Positions 1-13,384 of a stretch of DNA of 64,000 nucleotides are shown one piece after another. How positions within the stretch are numbered: the stretch's first letter is position 1; each line of letters opens with the position of its first letter. The position numbers and the translations under genes are program-made. Source of the DNA: Candidatus Spongiisociaceae bacterium (GTDB taxonomy: Bacteria; Actinomycetota; Acidimicrobiia; Spongiisociales; Spongiisociaceae); assembly GCA_965262915.1 (NCBI GenBank), contig OZ253564.1, forward strand, positions 2,080,001 to 2,144,000, read 5' to 3'. The notes under the pieces are model-generated. The model was not told the origin of the DNA. It was given only the letters and a program-made list of their open reading frames with translations, and ran no database searches.

Positions 1-375
<375 letters not shown>

Positions 376-430
376 GGGGTGGCTCCGGTTGCGGTGGTGG
401 GTGTGTTCTGTGCCGGTGAGAGGCGGGGAT

Positions 431-550
431 GCCTCCACAGCCCTACGCGAGGCCGTGGAGGCCCGCTAGCACCAGTAGCACCCGGAGGCGAACCGGATCG
501 CGGTAAAGGCGGTCGGGACCGCGTACGACGGGCTCCGTTCGGGGATCCAT
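431..550 (-). promoter_or_regulatory. Leu-rich leader peptide (443-550, 35 aa) plus hairpin upstream of leuA
   Basis: [35 protein letters not shown]; includes two CTA Leu codons; stop lies in the loop of hairpin GCCTCCACGGCC-TCGCGTAG-GGCTGTGGAGGC (431-462). Confidence 0.7.
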
Positions 551-1554
551 CAGTCGGGCACCTTGGGGGTCAGGAAGGGCATCAGCCCCCGCAGCCGGGC
601 GCCCACCTGTTCGACCTCGTGACTGCGGTCGGCGGCCCGACGATCTAAAAGGTTGGGAGCCCCTGCGCGCGCCTCGGCCATCCATTGCCGGGCGAACTTC
701 CCGGAGCGGATGTCCTCCAGGACCTCTCTCATGACCCGCCGGGTCTCGTCGGTCACGATGCGAGGCCCGGTGCTGTAGTCACCCCACTCGGCGGTGTCCG
801 ACACCGAGTAGCGCATCCACGACAACCCTCCCTCGTAGAGCAGGTCGACAATCAGCTTCAACTCGTGGAGGGTCTCGAAGTAGGCGGACTCGGGCTGGTA
901 GCCGGCCTCGACCAGCGTTTCGTAGGAGGCCTTGATGAGTGCCGACATCCCGCCGCACAGGATCACCTGTTCACCGAAGAGATCGGTCTCGGTCTCCTCC
1001 TCGAACGTCGTCTCGAGCACGCCGGCCCTCGTACCACCGATCCCCCAGGCGTAGGAGAGACCGAGCCGGCGGGCATCCCCGGTGGCGTCCTGGTGCACGG
1101 CCAGCAGGCACGGCACGCCGGACCCTTCGATGTAGGTGCGGCGTACCAGGTGTCCCGGTCCCTTGGGCGCCACCATCAGCACGTCGAGGCCCGGGTCGGG
1201 GGTGATCTCGCCGAAGTGGATGTTGAAGCCGTGGGCGAACATCAGGGCGTCTCCGTCGTCGAGTTGCGGGGCGATTTCCGCCGCGTAGAGATCGGCGGCG
1301 TGCTGATCCGGAACCAGGACCATTACGACGTTCGCCCACTCCGACACCTCGGCCACCGTACCGACGGCCAAGCCCTCGCCCTGCGCCTCGACCCGGCGTC
1401 GCGATGTGGGGCGCAGTCCCACCATCACGTCCACACCCGACTCGCGCAGGTTGAGAGCGTGGGCGTGGCCCTGGCTGCCGTAGCCGATCACCGCCACCCT
1501 TCGTCCTGATACGACGGTGGGGTCGGCGTCGTCGTCGTAGTAAATGGAAGCCAT
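550..1554 (-). CDS. ilvC: Ketol-acid reductoisomerase
   Basis: [30 protein letters not shown] motifs. Confidence 0.97.
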   Translation of the reverse strand: MASIYYDDDADPTVVSGRRVAVIGYGSQGHAHALNLRESGVDVMVGLRPTSRRRVEAQGEGLAVGTVAEVSEWANVVMVLVPDQHAADLYAAEIAPQLDDGDALMFAHGFNIHFGEITPDPGLDVLMVAPKGPGHLVRRTYIEGSGVPCLLAVHQDATGDARRLGLSYAWGIGGTRAGVLETTFEEETETDLFGEQVILCGGMSALIKASYETLVEAGYQPESAYFETLHELKLIVDLLYEGGLSWMRYSVSDTAEWGDYSTGPRIVTDETRRVMREVLEDIRSGKFARQWMAEARAGAPNLLDRRAADRSHEVEQVGARLRGLMPFLTPKVPD

Positions 1555-1612
1555 GCCTACATCTCCGGGGTCGTCGGCCGGGTACGGTCAGGGCCGGCGG
1601 TAGCGCCGGGCA

Positions 1613-2116
1613 TCACCCCACCGCCTTGAGCCTGCGGGCCTTGGGCTCGCGGCCCATCGCTATCCGGCCCGACTTGACCAGATCCATCAGTCCGAACGGA
1701 CGGATCAACGCGAGGAAGTCGTTCAACTTCATGGGTTTGCCCGTAACCAGCAGGGTCATCGAACCGATCCCCACGTCCACCACCGTGGCGTTGAATATCG
1801 CGGACAGTTCCAGCACCTCGCTCCGCCGGCCCGCGGCCGCCTTGACCCTCACCAGCATGATCTCCCGCTCGATGGAGGAGGCGGGATCCAGCTCGCTGAT
1901 CTTCACTACGTTGACCAGCTTGTGGAGTTGTTTCTTGACCTGCTCCAGTTGCGGCGCATTGACGACGATGGTCATCTTCGAAAGGCCGGGATCGGTGGTG
2001 GGACCCACCGCCAGCGAGTGGATGTTGAAAGCCCGCCTGGCCAGCAGCGAGGACACCCGCGCCAGTACCCCCGGCTTGTCCTCGACGAGGACGCTGAGTA
2101 CGTGCTGTTGTTTCAC
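1613..2116 (-). CDS. ilvN: Acetolactate synthase small subunit
   Basis: ACT domain VLVEDKPGVLAR...FNIHSL; between ilvB and ilvC. Confidence 0.95.
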   Translation of the reverse strand: MKQQHVLSVLVEDKPGVLARVSSLLARRAFNIHSLAVGPTTDPGLSKMTIVVNAPQLEQVKKQLHKLVNVVKISELDPASSIEREIMLVRVKAAAGRRSEVLELSAIFNATVVDVGIGSMTLLVTGKPMKLNDFLALIRPFGLMDLVKSGRIAMGREPKARRLKAVG

Positions 2117-3813
2117 AGGTCCTCCGGTCCGGTGAGCACGATGTCGTTGGACCCTCCGGCGGGGACCATGGGAAACACCATCTCGTCGCGGTCCAGGACG
2201 AACTCGGCCACCACGGATCGGTCCTCTATCTCGAGCATACGCGTCACCACTTCATCGACTTCTTCGGTCCGGGTGGCGCGGAGCCCCACGCATCCCGTAG
2301 CCTCGGCGAGCTTGACGTAGTCCGGCAGGTGCCGGCCCAGGTCGGACGACGAGAAGCGCTCCCCGTAGAAGAGCCGCTGCCACTGGCGGACCATACCGTG
2401 GGCCGCGTTGTTGAACACGGCCACCTTGATCGGGATGTTCTCCACCGACGCGGTGATCAACTCCTGGAAGGTCATCTGGAAGCAACCGTCTCCGTCGACG
2501 GCGATGACCTGCCGGTCGGGGCGGCCCGCCTTGGCGCCGATGGCAGCCGGCACCGCAAACCCCATGGTTCCCAGGCCTCCCGAGTTAATCCACCGCCGCG
2601 GTTGCTCGAAGCTCCAGTATTGCGAGGCCCACATCTGGTGCTGGCCCACTCCCGACACCACGATGGCATCCGGATCCGCCAGGTCACGCAGGCGGGTGAT
2701 CACGTACTGGGGCTTGAGGGGTCCGTCAGGTTCCTGTTCGAAACGCAGCGGGTGCTTCTGCTGCCAGTCCCTTATGGTCTTCCACCACTTCTCGAGTTCC
2801 GGGGTGGGGTTGTCGCCCCAGCTCTGGCACAGCGCCTCCAGGATGCGCCGTGCATCGCCGACGATCGGCACTTCCGGCACTCTGACCTTCCCTATCTCGG
2901 CCGGATCGATGTCGGCGTGGATGACCTTGGCGAAGGGGGCGAAGGCGTCCGGGTCCCCGGTGACCCGATCGTCGAACCGTACGCCGATGGCCACCAGCAC
3001 GTCGGCCTTCTGGACGGCGGTGGTAGCGGCGTAGAGACCGTGCATTCCGGGCATCCCGAGCGTGTTCGGGTGGCTGTCCGAGATGGCCCCCCTACCCATC
3101 AGGGTGGTGATGACCGGCATGTTGGTCATCTCGGTGAACGATGTGAGCGCCTCCGATGCGCCCGCCTTGATGATCCCTCCGCCCACGTAGAGGACCGGCC
3201 TCTCGGCGCTTTCGATGAGCCGGACGGCCTCAGCGATGCGGCGTGGGTGCGGGTCGACCGTGGGCCGGTAGCCCCGCATCGAGATCGGTCCGGGATCGCG
3301 CCACGTGAAGCGGGCGGTGAGCACGTCCTTGGGCAGGTCGATCAGAACCGGGCCGGGCCGTCCCGTTCCCGCCAGGTGGAAAGCCTCGGCGACCACCTGG
3401 GCGATCTCCTCGGGCCTGGTGACGAAGTAGTTGTGCTTGGTGGCCGGCATGGTGATACCGGTGGTGTAGGCCTCCTGGAATGCGTCGTTACCGACCGCGT
3501 GGGTGGGGACCTGTCCGGTGATCGCGACGATCGGTACCGAGTCCATGAGAGCATCGGCCAGCGGGGTGACCAGGTTGGTAGCGCCCGGCCCCGAGGTGGC
3601 GATGGCTACCCCCACCTTGCCGGTGGCCCACGCGTACCCCTCCGCCATGTGTCCGGCGCCCTGCTCGTGGCGGGCGAGGATGTGGCGGAATCCGGCGTCG
3701 AGCATCGGGTCGTAGGCGGGGAGGATGGCACCACCGGGAATGCCGAAGGCGACATCCACTTCCTGCTGTTCGAGTGACTTGATCAGTGCCTGTGCACCGG
3801 TGATGGCGCTCAT
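2113..3813 (-). CDS. ilvB: Acetolactate synthase large subunit
   Basis: RHEQGA, TSGPGATN, GDGCFQM (TPP binding). Start set at MSAITG after an AAGGA RBS. Confidence 0.96.
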   Translation of the reverse strand: MSAITGAQALIKSLEQQEVDVAFGIPGGAILPAYDPMLDAGFRHILARHEQGAGHMAEGYAWATGKVGVAIATSGPGATNLVTPLADALMDSVPIVAITGQVPTHAVGNDAFQEAYTTGITMPATKHNYFVTRPEEIAQVVAEAFHLAGTGRPGPVLIDLPKDVLTARFTWRDPGPISMRGYRPTVDPHPRRIAEAVRLIESAERPVLYVGGGIIKAGASEALTSFTEMTNMPVITTLMGRGAISDSHPNTLGMPGMHGLYAATTAVQKADVLVAIGVRFDDRVTGDPDAFAPFAKVIHADIDPAEIGKVRVPEVPIVGDARRILEALCQSWGDNPTPELEKWWKTIRDWQQKHPLRFEQEPDGPLKPQYVITRLRDLADPDAIVVSGVGQHQMWASQYWSFEQPRRWINSGGLGTMGFAVPAAIGAKAGRPDRQVIAVDGDGCFQMTFQELITASVENIPIKVAVFNNAAHGMVRQWQRLFYGERFSSSDLGRHLPDYVKLAEATGCVGLRATRTEEVDEVVTRMLEIEDRSVVAEFVLDRDEMVFPMVPAGGSNDIVLTGPEDL

Positions 3814-3870
3814 GTGCATTTCCTTACGTGCGGGTTGTCGGTGGTGGGAGGGTGTTCCTAGGAGTCCTAG

Positions 3871-3896
3871 ACAAAAGCCCCCCGGTTCGGAGGGCT
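3871..3896 (-). terminator. Attenuator terminator hairpin of the ilvB leader
   Basis: Minus strand AGCCCTCCG-AAC-CGGGGGGCT followed by TTTGT. Confidence 0.75.
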
Positions 3897-3927
3897 GGAA
3901 GCGCACGCGCCGCGTAGCGACGGTGCG

Positions 3928-3963
3928 CTACGTAAGTACCAGGACAGTGCCGCCAAGGATCAT
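3928..3963 (-). CDS. ilvB attenuation leader peptide MILGGTVLVLT (11 aa)
   Basis: 6 of 11 residues are Ile/Leu/Val; lies between the promoter and the terminator. Confidence 0.8.
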   Translation of the reverse strand: MILGGTVLVLT

Positions 3964-3973
3964 GGGAGCCCGC

Positions 3974-4002
3974 AGTATGGAACATGTGGGCCTCGATGTC
4001 AA
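3974..4002 (-). promoter_or_regulatory. Sigma70-type promoter of the ilvB operon
   Basis: TTGACA-17 bp-CATACT on the minus strand, 10 nt before the leader ATG. Confidence 0.75.
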
Positions 4003-4048
4003 CATTTTGATGATCCGGTGATCGCGATCCTGACGGGTCGCGCTTACG

Positions 4049-5281
4049 ATGGTGGGGATGCGCAGCCGAAGGACGGATGAACTGGCGCAGGTCGTGGCCG
4101 TCGCCAGGCAGGTTCTGGTCGATCTCGAACCGGAAGAGAGACCGGGGAGCCTCACGAAGGTCGCCGCCCAGACCGGACGGAATCTGGTGCCTCCCTTGGA
4201 GAGCCTGCTGCTCGGCGAGATCGAGGATAACGAATGGTTCCGGGAGCAGTTGGCCGAGCGGTTCGAGGGTTCCGTCGAGGCGGACGACCCGCACGAGCGG
4301 GCGGCTGCTCTCTTCCTCTACCGCCCGGAGGGGTGGGAAGGCCACCTGGAGGAGATAAGCAGCCGCTCGGAGAAGTCCAGGCAGTCCGGCCGTATGGACC
4401 GGATGGAGCGGCGAATCAAGAAACTGGAGTCGCAACTCGATGACTGGCGGGACCGTACCAAGCGATTCCGGAAGGAGGCCAAGGAAGCCGCCGCGAAAGC
4501 CGACCAGAGAGTGGCGGCGGCCCGGGCCGAGATGCGTAAGAACCGGTATCCAGATCGCCTCGAGGCGCTCTCCCGAGAGATCCGACGGCTGAAGCAGGAA
4601 CTGGGCGCGGTGGAGAGCGAGCGGGACGAGGCGCGCCGGCGCCTGTCGGACACTCGCAGGGAGTTGGAGAAGGAACGGCGCGTCCGCCGGCCCACCGCGC
4701 CTGCGCTCACCCCGAGCGCCTGGGCCGATCTGGATCCCGTCGGGGCGGCGCTCCTCCTCGACGATGTGGCGGCCGCTCTCTCGCCGACGTCCACCTTCAC
4801 CGATCCGGTGGCCGCTCCGACGGAGGGTCGTCTCGGTCTCCCCAGGGGGACGGCGCCCGACGATCGTTCGGCCATCGAGTGGTTGCTCACGCTGGACAGA
4901 CCCTTCGCGCTGCTGGTGGACGGGTACAACCTGGCGTTCCATGTTGATCCGGCCCGCTTCAACTCCGCGGAGATCAGGCGCCGACTGGAGAACGATCTGG
5001 TTCGCTTGAGGGGCCTGGCCAGAGGCAGGCCAAGGGTGACGGTGGTGTACGACTCGGCCCAGTCCGGAGACACGACTTCCGATTGGCTGGCAGGAGGGGT
5101 AGAGATCCGGTTCACCAATTCTGGGCACAGCGCCGACGACGAGCTCGTGGAGCTTGCCGCCGATCTGGGTGCGTCGGCCGTGGTGGTGTCGAGCGACCGG
5201 ACGGTTCGGGAGCGGGCACAGGAGTCGGGATCGCTCGGGTTGTGGAGTGAGGCCCTGGCCGGGTGGATTCTCAAGAGCTGA
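4049..5281 (+). CDS. Coiled-coil protein with C-terminal NYN (YacP/Rae1-like) RNase domain
   Basis: LLVDGYNL, VVYDS, SADDEL, VVSSDR motifs; central coiled coil. Confidence 0.8.
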   Translation: MVGMRSRRTDELAQVVAVARQVLVDLEPEERPGSLTKVAAQTGRNLVPPLESLLLGEIEDNEWFREQLAERFEGSVEADDPHERAAALFLYRPEGWEGHLEEISSRSEKSRQSGRMDRMERRIKKLESQLDDWRDRTKRFRKEAKEAAAKADQRVAAARAEMRKNRYPDRLEALSREIRRLKQELGAVESERDEARRRLSDTRRELEKERRVRRPTAPALTPSAWADLDPVGAALLLDDVAAALSPTSTFTDPVAAPTEGRLGLPRGTAPDDRSAIEWLLTLDRPFALLVDGYNLAFHVDPARFNSAEIRRRLENDLVRLRGLARGRPRVTVVYDSAQSGDTTSDWLAGGVEIRFTNSGHSADDELVELAADLGASAVVVSSDRTVRERAQESGSLGLWSEALAGWILKS

Positions 5282-5297
5282 GTTCCTTGTTCGTATT

Positions 5298-5397
5298 CGT
5301 TGTCCGTTGCGAATCCCAAAGGATTCAACTTCAGAGCTAGGTTGGCTAGCGGGGGCTTGATGTGGTAGTCGTTCCTGACACCCGAAACAGGTGCTAG
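5298..5397. repeat. Heptamer-flanked dispersed element copy A, left part (continues at 9953 after the IS1380)
   Basis: Aligns with 13160-13290 and 37413-37501. Confidence 0.7.
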
Positions 5398-5627
5398 CCC
5401 CAATTCTTCACGTGTTGGGGGGTTAGGGGGGTGAGCTGGTTGGGGGTGGGTTAGCCGGCTTGGTTTTTGGGGGGTTGGCGGGTTCTGGGGGTGTTGGGGT
5501 GGGTATACGGGGGCGGTTTGAGGGTTTGAGGGGGTGGGGTTAGGTGTTAGGGGCGTGGTGGGTTCAGGGTGGGGGTGAACCGCCCCGGGTTTCCCGGAGA
5601 CTCTATTGGTTGGGAGATAATGGAGTC

Positions 5628-8019
<2,392 letters not shown>

Positions 8020-8381
8020 CAATATCTGTCCATTCGCTACACGAACCGGCTCACCGAAGCCGGCATCGAACCATCAGTCGGCTCGGTCGGCGACTCGTAC
8101 GACAACGCCCTCGCCGAATCCGTCATCGGCCTGTACAAGACAGAACTCATCCACAAACGCGCTCCGTGGAAGGACCTCGACCAAGTCGAGTACGCCACCC
8201 TCGAATACGTCGACTGGTTCAACCACCGGCGGCTTCTCGAACCCATCGGAGACATCCCACCAGCAGAAAAGGAGGCCAACTACCATCAACAACAGGAACG
8301 AGTCCAGCTAGCTGGACTCAAGTAAAACACTCTCCGGGAAACCCGGTACGGTTCAGGGGTGGTGTGTGGGGTGGGGGTTGT

Positions 8382-9833
8382 TCAGATGGTGTGGATGTGT
8401 TGGTGGGTGGTCGCGATGAGGGTGGCGGTGGGCCAGGTGGGCGGTATTCGGAGGGTGGTTTGTCGGCTGTGGCGTGCGATGACGCCTGGTATGTGCCATA
8501 GGTTCGGGCGCAGTGTTTTGGGTTTGGCTCGGGTGAGGGGGTGGTGTTTGGGTAGGGAGAGTTTCTGGAACCAGCGGACCAGGGTGTCGGCGAGGGCGAC
8601 TATGTGGAGCCAGAGCCGGTTAGGGGCGTATCTGGCGAATGGGAAGCGGTTGCCGCCGTGGTCTTTGACGCGGGCGATGTGGGTTTCGACTCGGGCGTGG
8701 GCGCGCATGTCGCGGTCGGATTCGGGAGCGGCTGCTTTGCTGTCGGTCCAGTGTCCCCAGTATCGGTAGTCCTCGGAGCCGAACAGGGATCGTTTCGCGC
8801 CGGGGTGGCGGGGTTCGCGTCTGATGACGAGTCGGAGGTCGTCGGGCCAGTTGTAGGCTTTGACGTGGTCGGTGAGTTCGATCACATGGGCACGAACCGG
8901 ATCAGGTTCTGCGTCTTCGGTCCCGTTGTCGGAGCGGACAGCGTCGGGTCCCTCCTCCGGGTTGTCGACCCCTGCGGTGTTCGGGTTGTTGTGTTGGGCT
9001 GGTCTGGGTTGGGGAAGGGCAGGCTCCCAGCGTGGGTCGTCTACGGGGATGTGGCTGAGGGCTTCGGCGATCCCGTCGGAGCGTTTAGCGACGAAACTGA
9101 ACCCGATGTTACGTTTGTGGCATTCGGTAGCGAACGCGGGTCCCGCCGCGGAATCGGCCCGGACCCGGATCCGATAGGCCACCCGCTCGGGGTCGTCACC
9201 CGGCGAATGCCCCACCCGCATCCGGGCGGGCAGCGCCCTGATAGCCGCGTCCAGCACCTCGACCAGGTCAGAAACCTGATTAGGCGCGGCGTTGCCTCGC
9301 CGCAGCCGAACAGCGAGCGGCTCCCCCGTCCAGTCCGCGAAGCAATACATCGGATGGAACCCGTACTTGTAGTTATAGGTCGGCGCGGCGCCCGCCTTGT
9401 TCTCCGAATGCAGCTCATGAACCGACGAATCAATATCCAGCACCACCGTCTCCCCTGCCGGGTAATCAGCCCACACCCGCTCCCGGACCCTGGCCATCCC
9501 GTCGGCCAGCCTCTCCACCAACCCCCCATCCGCTCCGGTGAGGGTCCGGTACAGAGTCGAGTCCGACGCCACCTCACCGAACAATCGGCGCTGGGAACGC
9601 AACGTCTCGATGTCAGTGCAAGCCTCCCCACCCCCGGCCAACACGAGCATCAAATGAACCAGCACCCGGCCCCGATCATGAACCACCCCCGAAGCACCGA
9701 ACGCTTCCGACAAAACCTCGCCCACCCGCAGACGATCCGCGAACCGGCCCAACAACCACAACCCCACATGACCGACCTGGCTGCCACCACCCACCTCGAC
9801 CCTCAACGCCAAACTGCTGTTAGCCTTCACCAT
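8382..9833 (-). CDS. IS1380-family transposase
   Basis: VASDSTLYR, LDIDS, GFHP, LRRGNA, VRADSA, RARVE; lies inside the TIRs. Confidence 0.88.
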   Translation of the reverse strand: MVKANSSLALRVEVGGGSQVGHVGLWLLGRFADRLRVGEVLSEAFGASGVVHDRGRVLVHLMLVLAGGGEACTDIETLRSQRRLFGEVASDSTLYRTLTGADGGLVERLADGMARVRERVWADYPAGETVVLDIDSSVHELHSENKAGAAPTYNYKYGFHPMYCFADWTGEPLAVRLRRGNAAPNQVSDLVEVLDAAIRALPARMRVGHSPGDDPERVAYRIRVRADSAAGPAFATECHKRNIGFSFVAKRSDGIAEALSHIPVDDPRWEPALPQPRPAQHNNPNTAGVDNPEEGPDAVRSDNGTEDAEPDPVRAHVIELTDHVKAYNWPDDLRLVIRREPRHPGAKRSLFGSEDYRYWGHWTDSKAAAPESDRDMRAHARVETHIARVKDHGGNRFPFARYAPNRLWLHIVALADTLVRWFQKLSLPKHHPLTRAKPKTLRPNLWHIPGVIARHSRQTTLRIPPTWPTATLIATTHQHIHTI

Positions 9834-9952
9834 ACGGGTGCCCTCCTGACTGCGACCATGGACGTTTACTTCACCGCCCATAATCGCAGGTCAGAAGGGC
9901 ATTCCCGTGTCAAACCACCCACCCCCACCACCAACCCCATGAAGAATTGGGG

Positions 9953-10060
9953 CTAGGTGCTAGGTGCCAGTACTTGATGATCGTCAACAGCACCTGACAC
10001 CTGACACCTGACACCTGACACCTGACACCTGACACCTGGCACCTGGCTCCCGACACCTAA
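9953..10060. repeat. Heptamer-flanked element copy A, right part: AGGTGCY units, core hairpin, (CCTGACA)x6 plus 3 degenerate units
   Basis: 9955-9994 is identical over 40 bp to 13295-13334. Confidence 0.9.
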
Positions 10061-10064
10061 CCCT

Positions 10065-10286
10065 TCACCCCCGGAAGTGTCGCCCCAGGAGGTTGACGAC
10101 GATGGTGAGCACCACGCTGAGCACCACCATTGACGTTATGGGTATGAACACCGCCGACCGCTCACCGACCCGGCGGATATCGCCCGGCAGGTTGCCGAAC
10201 CAGGAGAGCAGCCCGAAGCGGGTCGCCAGTCCGGCCACGATGGCGATGAGACCCCCGAATATCAGAAGATCGCCCATCATTCGCAT
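10065..10286 (-). CDS. Small membrane protein (DUF2905-like)
   Basis: GNLPGDI...FIPITS motif; 2 TM segments. Confidence 0.8.
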   Translation of the reverse strand: MRMMGDLLIFGGLIAIVAGLATRFGLLSWFGNLPGDIRRVGERSAVFIPITSMVVLSVVLTIVVNLLGRHFRG

Positions 10287-10343
10287 GGCCCTCCCTACAC
10301 TACCCGGGCGGGTTCCGGACGATCGCCCACCGGGGAGACCCGG

Positions 10344-10523
10344 GTGACGTTCTACATCGAGGTGGACGACATCGGGGGCTACCTCGATCGGGCCGTGGCC
10401 GCCGGTGCTGGGGTCGTCATGCCGGTTATGGTCATTCCCGGCGCCGTGACCATGGCGTTGTTCTCGGACCCGGCCGGCGCGGTGGTCGGTCTCGTGGCCG
10501 ACGAGACACCGCCGGCGGAGTAG
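10344..10523 (+). pseudogene. C-terminal half of a VOC/glyoxalase-family protein
   Basis: VTFYIEVDDI...AGAGVV...ALFSDPAGAVVGL*; N-terminal half not found. Confidence 0.6.
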
Positions 10524-10535
10524 TGCACCACCGGG

Positions 10536-11390
10536 TCAGGCGGCGCAGACGACCTCGAAGTACTCGGTGATCTCCCGGAACGTCACCACGCCCAGGGCGC
10601 GGTTCGTCTCGTTGATGAGCACCAGGTAGCGATGGCCTAGCTTGGCCATGATGCCCAGCGCATCGCTGATCGGCGTGCCGGGGGCTGCCGCGGCGATCTG
10701 CTCGGTCATCCAGTCGCCCACGCGCTCGTCGACCAGATCCTCCACCCGGCAGGCTACCTTCAAGAACACGTCGTGCTCGGTCAACTCGCCGATCACCACG
10801 CCCCGGTCGTTGACGACCGAGACCAGCCCGGTCTGGGCAGAGATCATGGCCTCGACGGCGGCGGCCAGGGAGTCGCCGGGCTTCACCAGCAGCGGCTCGT
10901 GGGCGGGCAGGCCGGTGAGGTCCACGAAGTGCAGGTTGTGCTCCGGGGACAGTTCGGGGCCCAACTCGCTCTGGGACTCCAGGAACGCCGCCGCCATCCG
11001 GATGAGGTCGTAGTGGTTGATGCTGCCGAGCAGGTCGCCGTCGGCGTCGGTCACGGGCAGGTTGCGGAACCGGCGGGCGTTCATCAGGCGCAGCGCGTCG
11101 CTGGCCGAGGCGTCGTGGCCGATCACTATCGGGTCGGCCGTCATGAAGTCGTCTACCGGCGAGTCCCACACGTCGGGAGACCGCACCACGTGGTTGGTGA
11201 CGTCGCGCTCGGTGAGGATCCCGGCGAGCCTGGCGCCTTCGGTGACCACTGCGCACCCCGTGTGCTGGGCGGCCATGGCCGCGACGACGCTGCGAACCTT
11301 GCGGCCGCTGCGGACCACGACGTGCGACGACAGCCTCATGCGCGATAGCGGTACGCTCTCGAAATGCTGCACGATGTTGGAACTCGTCAC
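10536..11390 (-). CDS. CBS-domain protein (two CBS pairs)
   Basis: GILTERD, GELTEHD, V.D.MT motifs. Confidence 0.85.
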   Translation of the reverse strand: MTSSNIVQHFESVPLSRMRLSSHVVVRSGRKVRSVVAAMAAQHTGCAVVTEGARLAGILTERDVTNHVVRSPDVWDSPVDDFMTADPIVIGHDASASDALRLMNARRFRNLPVTDADGDLLGSINHYDLIRMAAAFLESQSELGPELSPEHNLHFVDLTGLPAHEPLLVKPGDSLAAAVEAMISAQTGLVSVVNDRGVVIGELTEHDVFLKVACRVEDLVDERVGDWMTEQIAAAAPGTPISDALGIMAKLGHRYLVLINETNRALGVVTFREITEYFEVVCAA

Positions 11391-11448
11391 GGTCCTCCTA
11401 TATTCCGCAGGTCTCTCCGTAGCTCTCCCGAGGAGGGGAGCGGATCGC

Positions 11449-13131
11449 TCAGGCGTCGGTCACGCACCCTGTACTCGCCGACGACACGGTGCGGATGTAC
11501 TTGGCGAGAGTGCCGCGGGTGGCCTTGAGCGCAGGGGCCGTCCAAGCCTTGCGCCGCCCGGCCAGATCCGCATCCGTGATGTCGATGGTGACCGTCCGGG
11601 CAACCGCGTCGATCGAGATCCGATCGCCGTTCTCCACCAGTGCGATCGGACCGCCCTCCTGCGCCTCGGGGCTCACATGCCCCATGATGAAACCGTGCGA
11701 GCCGCCCGAGAACCGGCCATCGGTGATCAGGGCCACGTCTTGGCCCAGTCCGGCGCCCATGATCGCCGATGTCGGGGTCAGCATCTCGGGCATTCCCGGA
11801 CCCCCCTTGGGTCCCTCGTAGCGGATGATGATCACCGAACCCGGTCCGATCTTGTCCCGCTCCAACGCCGCCAGCATCTCCTCCTCGCTGTCGTAGGGCA
11901 GAGCCGTGCCGGTGAACGACAGGCCTTCCTTACCGGTGATCTTGGCCACCGCGCCGTCGGGCGCCAGGTTGCCCCGCAGGATCTGGAGATGGCCGGTGTC
12001 CTTGACAGGGGCATCCCAGGGGACGACCACCTGCTGGCCGTCCGCCAGCCCGGGTAGATCGGCCAGGTTCTCGGCCATGGTGCGCCCGGTGACGGTGAGA
12101 CAGTCGCCGTCGATGGCCCCCCGGTCGAGCAGCATCCGCAGCACCGCGGGGGTGCCGCCGACCGCGTGCAGATCCGCCATGACGTAGCGTCCGGACGGTT
12201 TGAGGTTCCCCAGGTAGGGTGTTCGGTCGCTGACCGCCTGGAAGTCCTCGATCTCCAGTTCCACCCCGACGGCGTGGGCCATGGCCAGCAGGTGCAGGAC
12301 CGCGTTGGTGGATCCCCCGAGAACCATCGTGATCGTCATGGAGTTCTCGAACGCTGCCCTGGTCATGATGTCGCGCGGCCGGACATCCCCTTCCATGAGC
12401 CTCCGGATGGCCGCCCCCGCCGCCAGGCACTCGGCGGTCTTGCCTTCGTCGACGGCCGGGGTGGAGGAGCTGTAGGGGAGCGACATGCCCAGCGCCTCTA
12501 TGGCTACGGCCATGGTGTTGGCCGTGTACATACCCCCGCACGCGCCCGCTCCGGGACAGGCGTTGCGGACGATGTCGAGGCGGTCCTCCTCGTCCATCCG
12601 TCCGGCGATGCGCTCCCCGTACGACTGGAAGGCGGAGACGATGTCGATGGGGTTGCCGTACCGGTCCGTCCCCGGCTGGATGGTGCCCCCGTAGATCATC
12701 AGCGAGGGCCTGTTGAGCCGGGCCATGGCCATGACCGCGCCAGGCATGTTCTTGTCGCATCCGGGGATCGAGATGTTGGCGTCGTACCACTGCGCGCTCA
12801 TGACGGTCTCGATCGAGTCAGCGATCAGGTCCCGCGACTGGAGCGAGAACGACATGCCTTCGGTGCCCATCGACATGCCGTCGGACACCCCTATCGTGTT
12901 GAAGCGCATACCCACCAGCCCGGCCCGGCCGACCCCTTCCTTCACCAGGGCCGCCAACTGATCGAGATGCATGTTGCAGCTGTTCCCCTCGTACCACATG
13001 GAGGCGATCCCCACCTGGGCCTTGGACATGTCGCCGGGTGTGAGGCCGGTGGCGTACAGCATCGCCTGGGATCCGCCCTGTGACCGCTCCTGGGTTATGC
13101 GTCTGCTGATGAGATTGATGGGTTGCGACAT
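11449..13131 (-). CDS. ilvD: Dihydroxy-acid dehydratase
   Basis: [37 protein letters not shown]. Confidence 0.96.
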   Translation of the reverse strand: MSQPINLISRRITQERSQGGSQAMLYATGLTPGDMSKAQVGIASMWYEGNSCNMHLDQLAALVKEGVGRAGLVGMRFNTIGVSDGMSMGTEGMSFSLQSRDLIADSIETVMSAQWYDANISIPGCDKNMPGAVMAMARLNRPSLMIYGGTIQPGTDRYGNPIDIVSAFQSYGERIAGRMDEEDRLDIVRNACPGAGACGGMYTANTMAVAIEALGMSLPYSSSTPAVDEGKTAECLAAGAAIRRLMEGDVRPRDIMTRAAFENSMTITMVLGGSTNAVLHLLAMAHAVGVELEIEDFQAVSDRTPYLGNLKPSGRYVMADLHAVGGTPAVLRMLLDRGAIDGDCLTVTGRTMAENLADLPGLADGQQVVVPWDAPVKDTGHLQILRGNLAPDGAVAKITGKEGLSFTGTALPYDSEEEMLAALERDKIGPGSVIIIRYEGPKGGPGMPEMLTPTSAIMGAGLGQDVALITDGRFSGGSHGFIMGHVSPEAQEGGPIALVENGDRISIDAVARTVTIDITDADLAGRRKAWTAPALKATRGTLAKYIRTVSSASTGCVTDA

Positions 13132-13159
13132 GGGGCACATGATAGGTGGCTGGCGGATG

Positions 13160-13378
13160 GTGGTCCGTCGTCCGTTGTAACTCCTTCGGGTACCTATCTG
13201 CCGAGTTGGGTCTTCATCGCAAATAGTCCAGGTGTGGTAGCTGTTACCGGCACCTGACTCCTGACTCCTGACACCGAAACAGGTGCTAGGTGCGAGGTGC
13301 TAGGTGCCAGTACTTGATGATCGTCAACAGCACCCCGGCACCCGGCACCTGGCACCTGACGCCTGACACCTGACACCT
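13160..13378. repeat. Heptamer-flanked element copy B (tail continues at 14862-14872 after the IS110)
   Basis: Same core and CTGACAC/CTGGCAC arrays as copy A. Confidence 0.8.
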
Positions 13379-13384
13379 AATGGG

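Noticed and set aside
9953-10060. CRISPR array
   Set aside because: 7-bp tandem units without unique spacers; no cas genes in the window.
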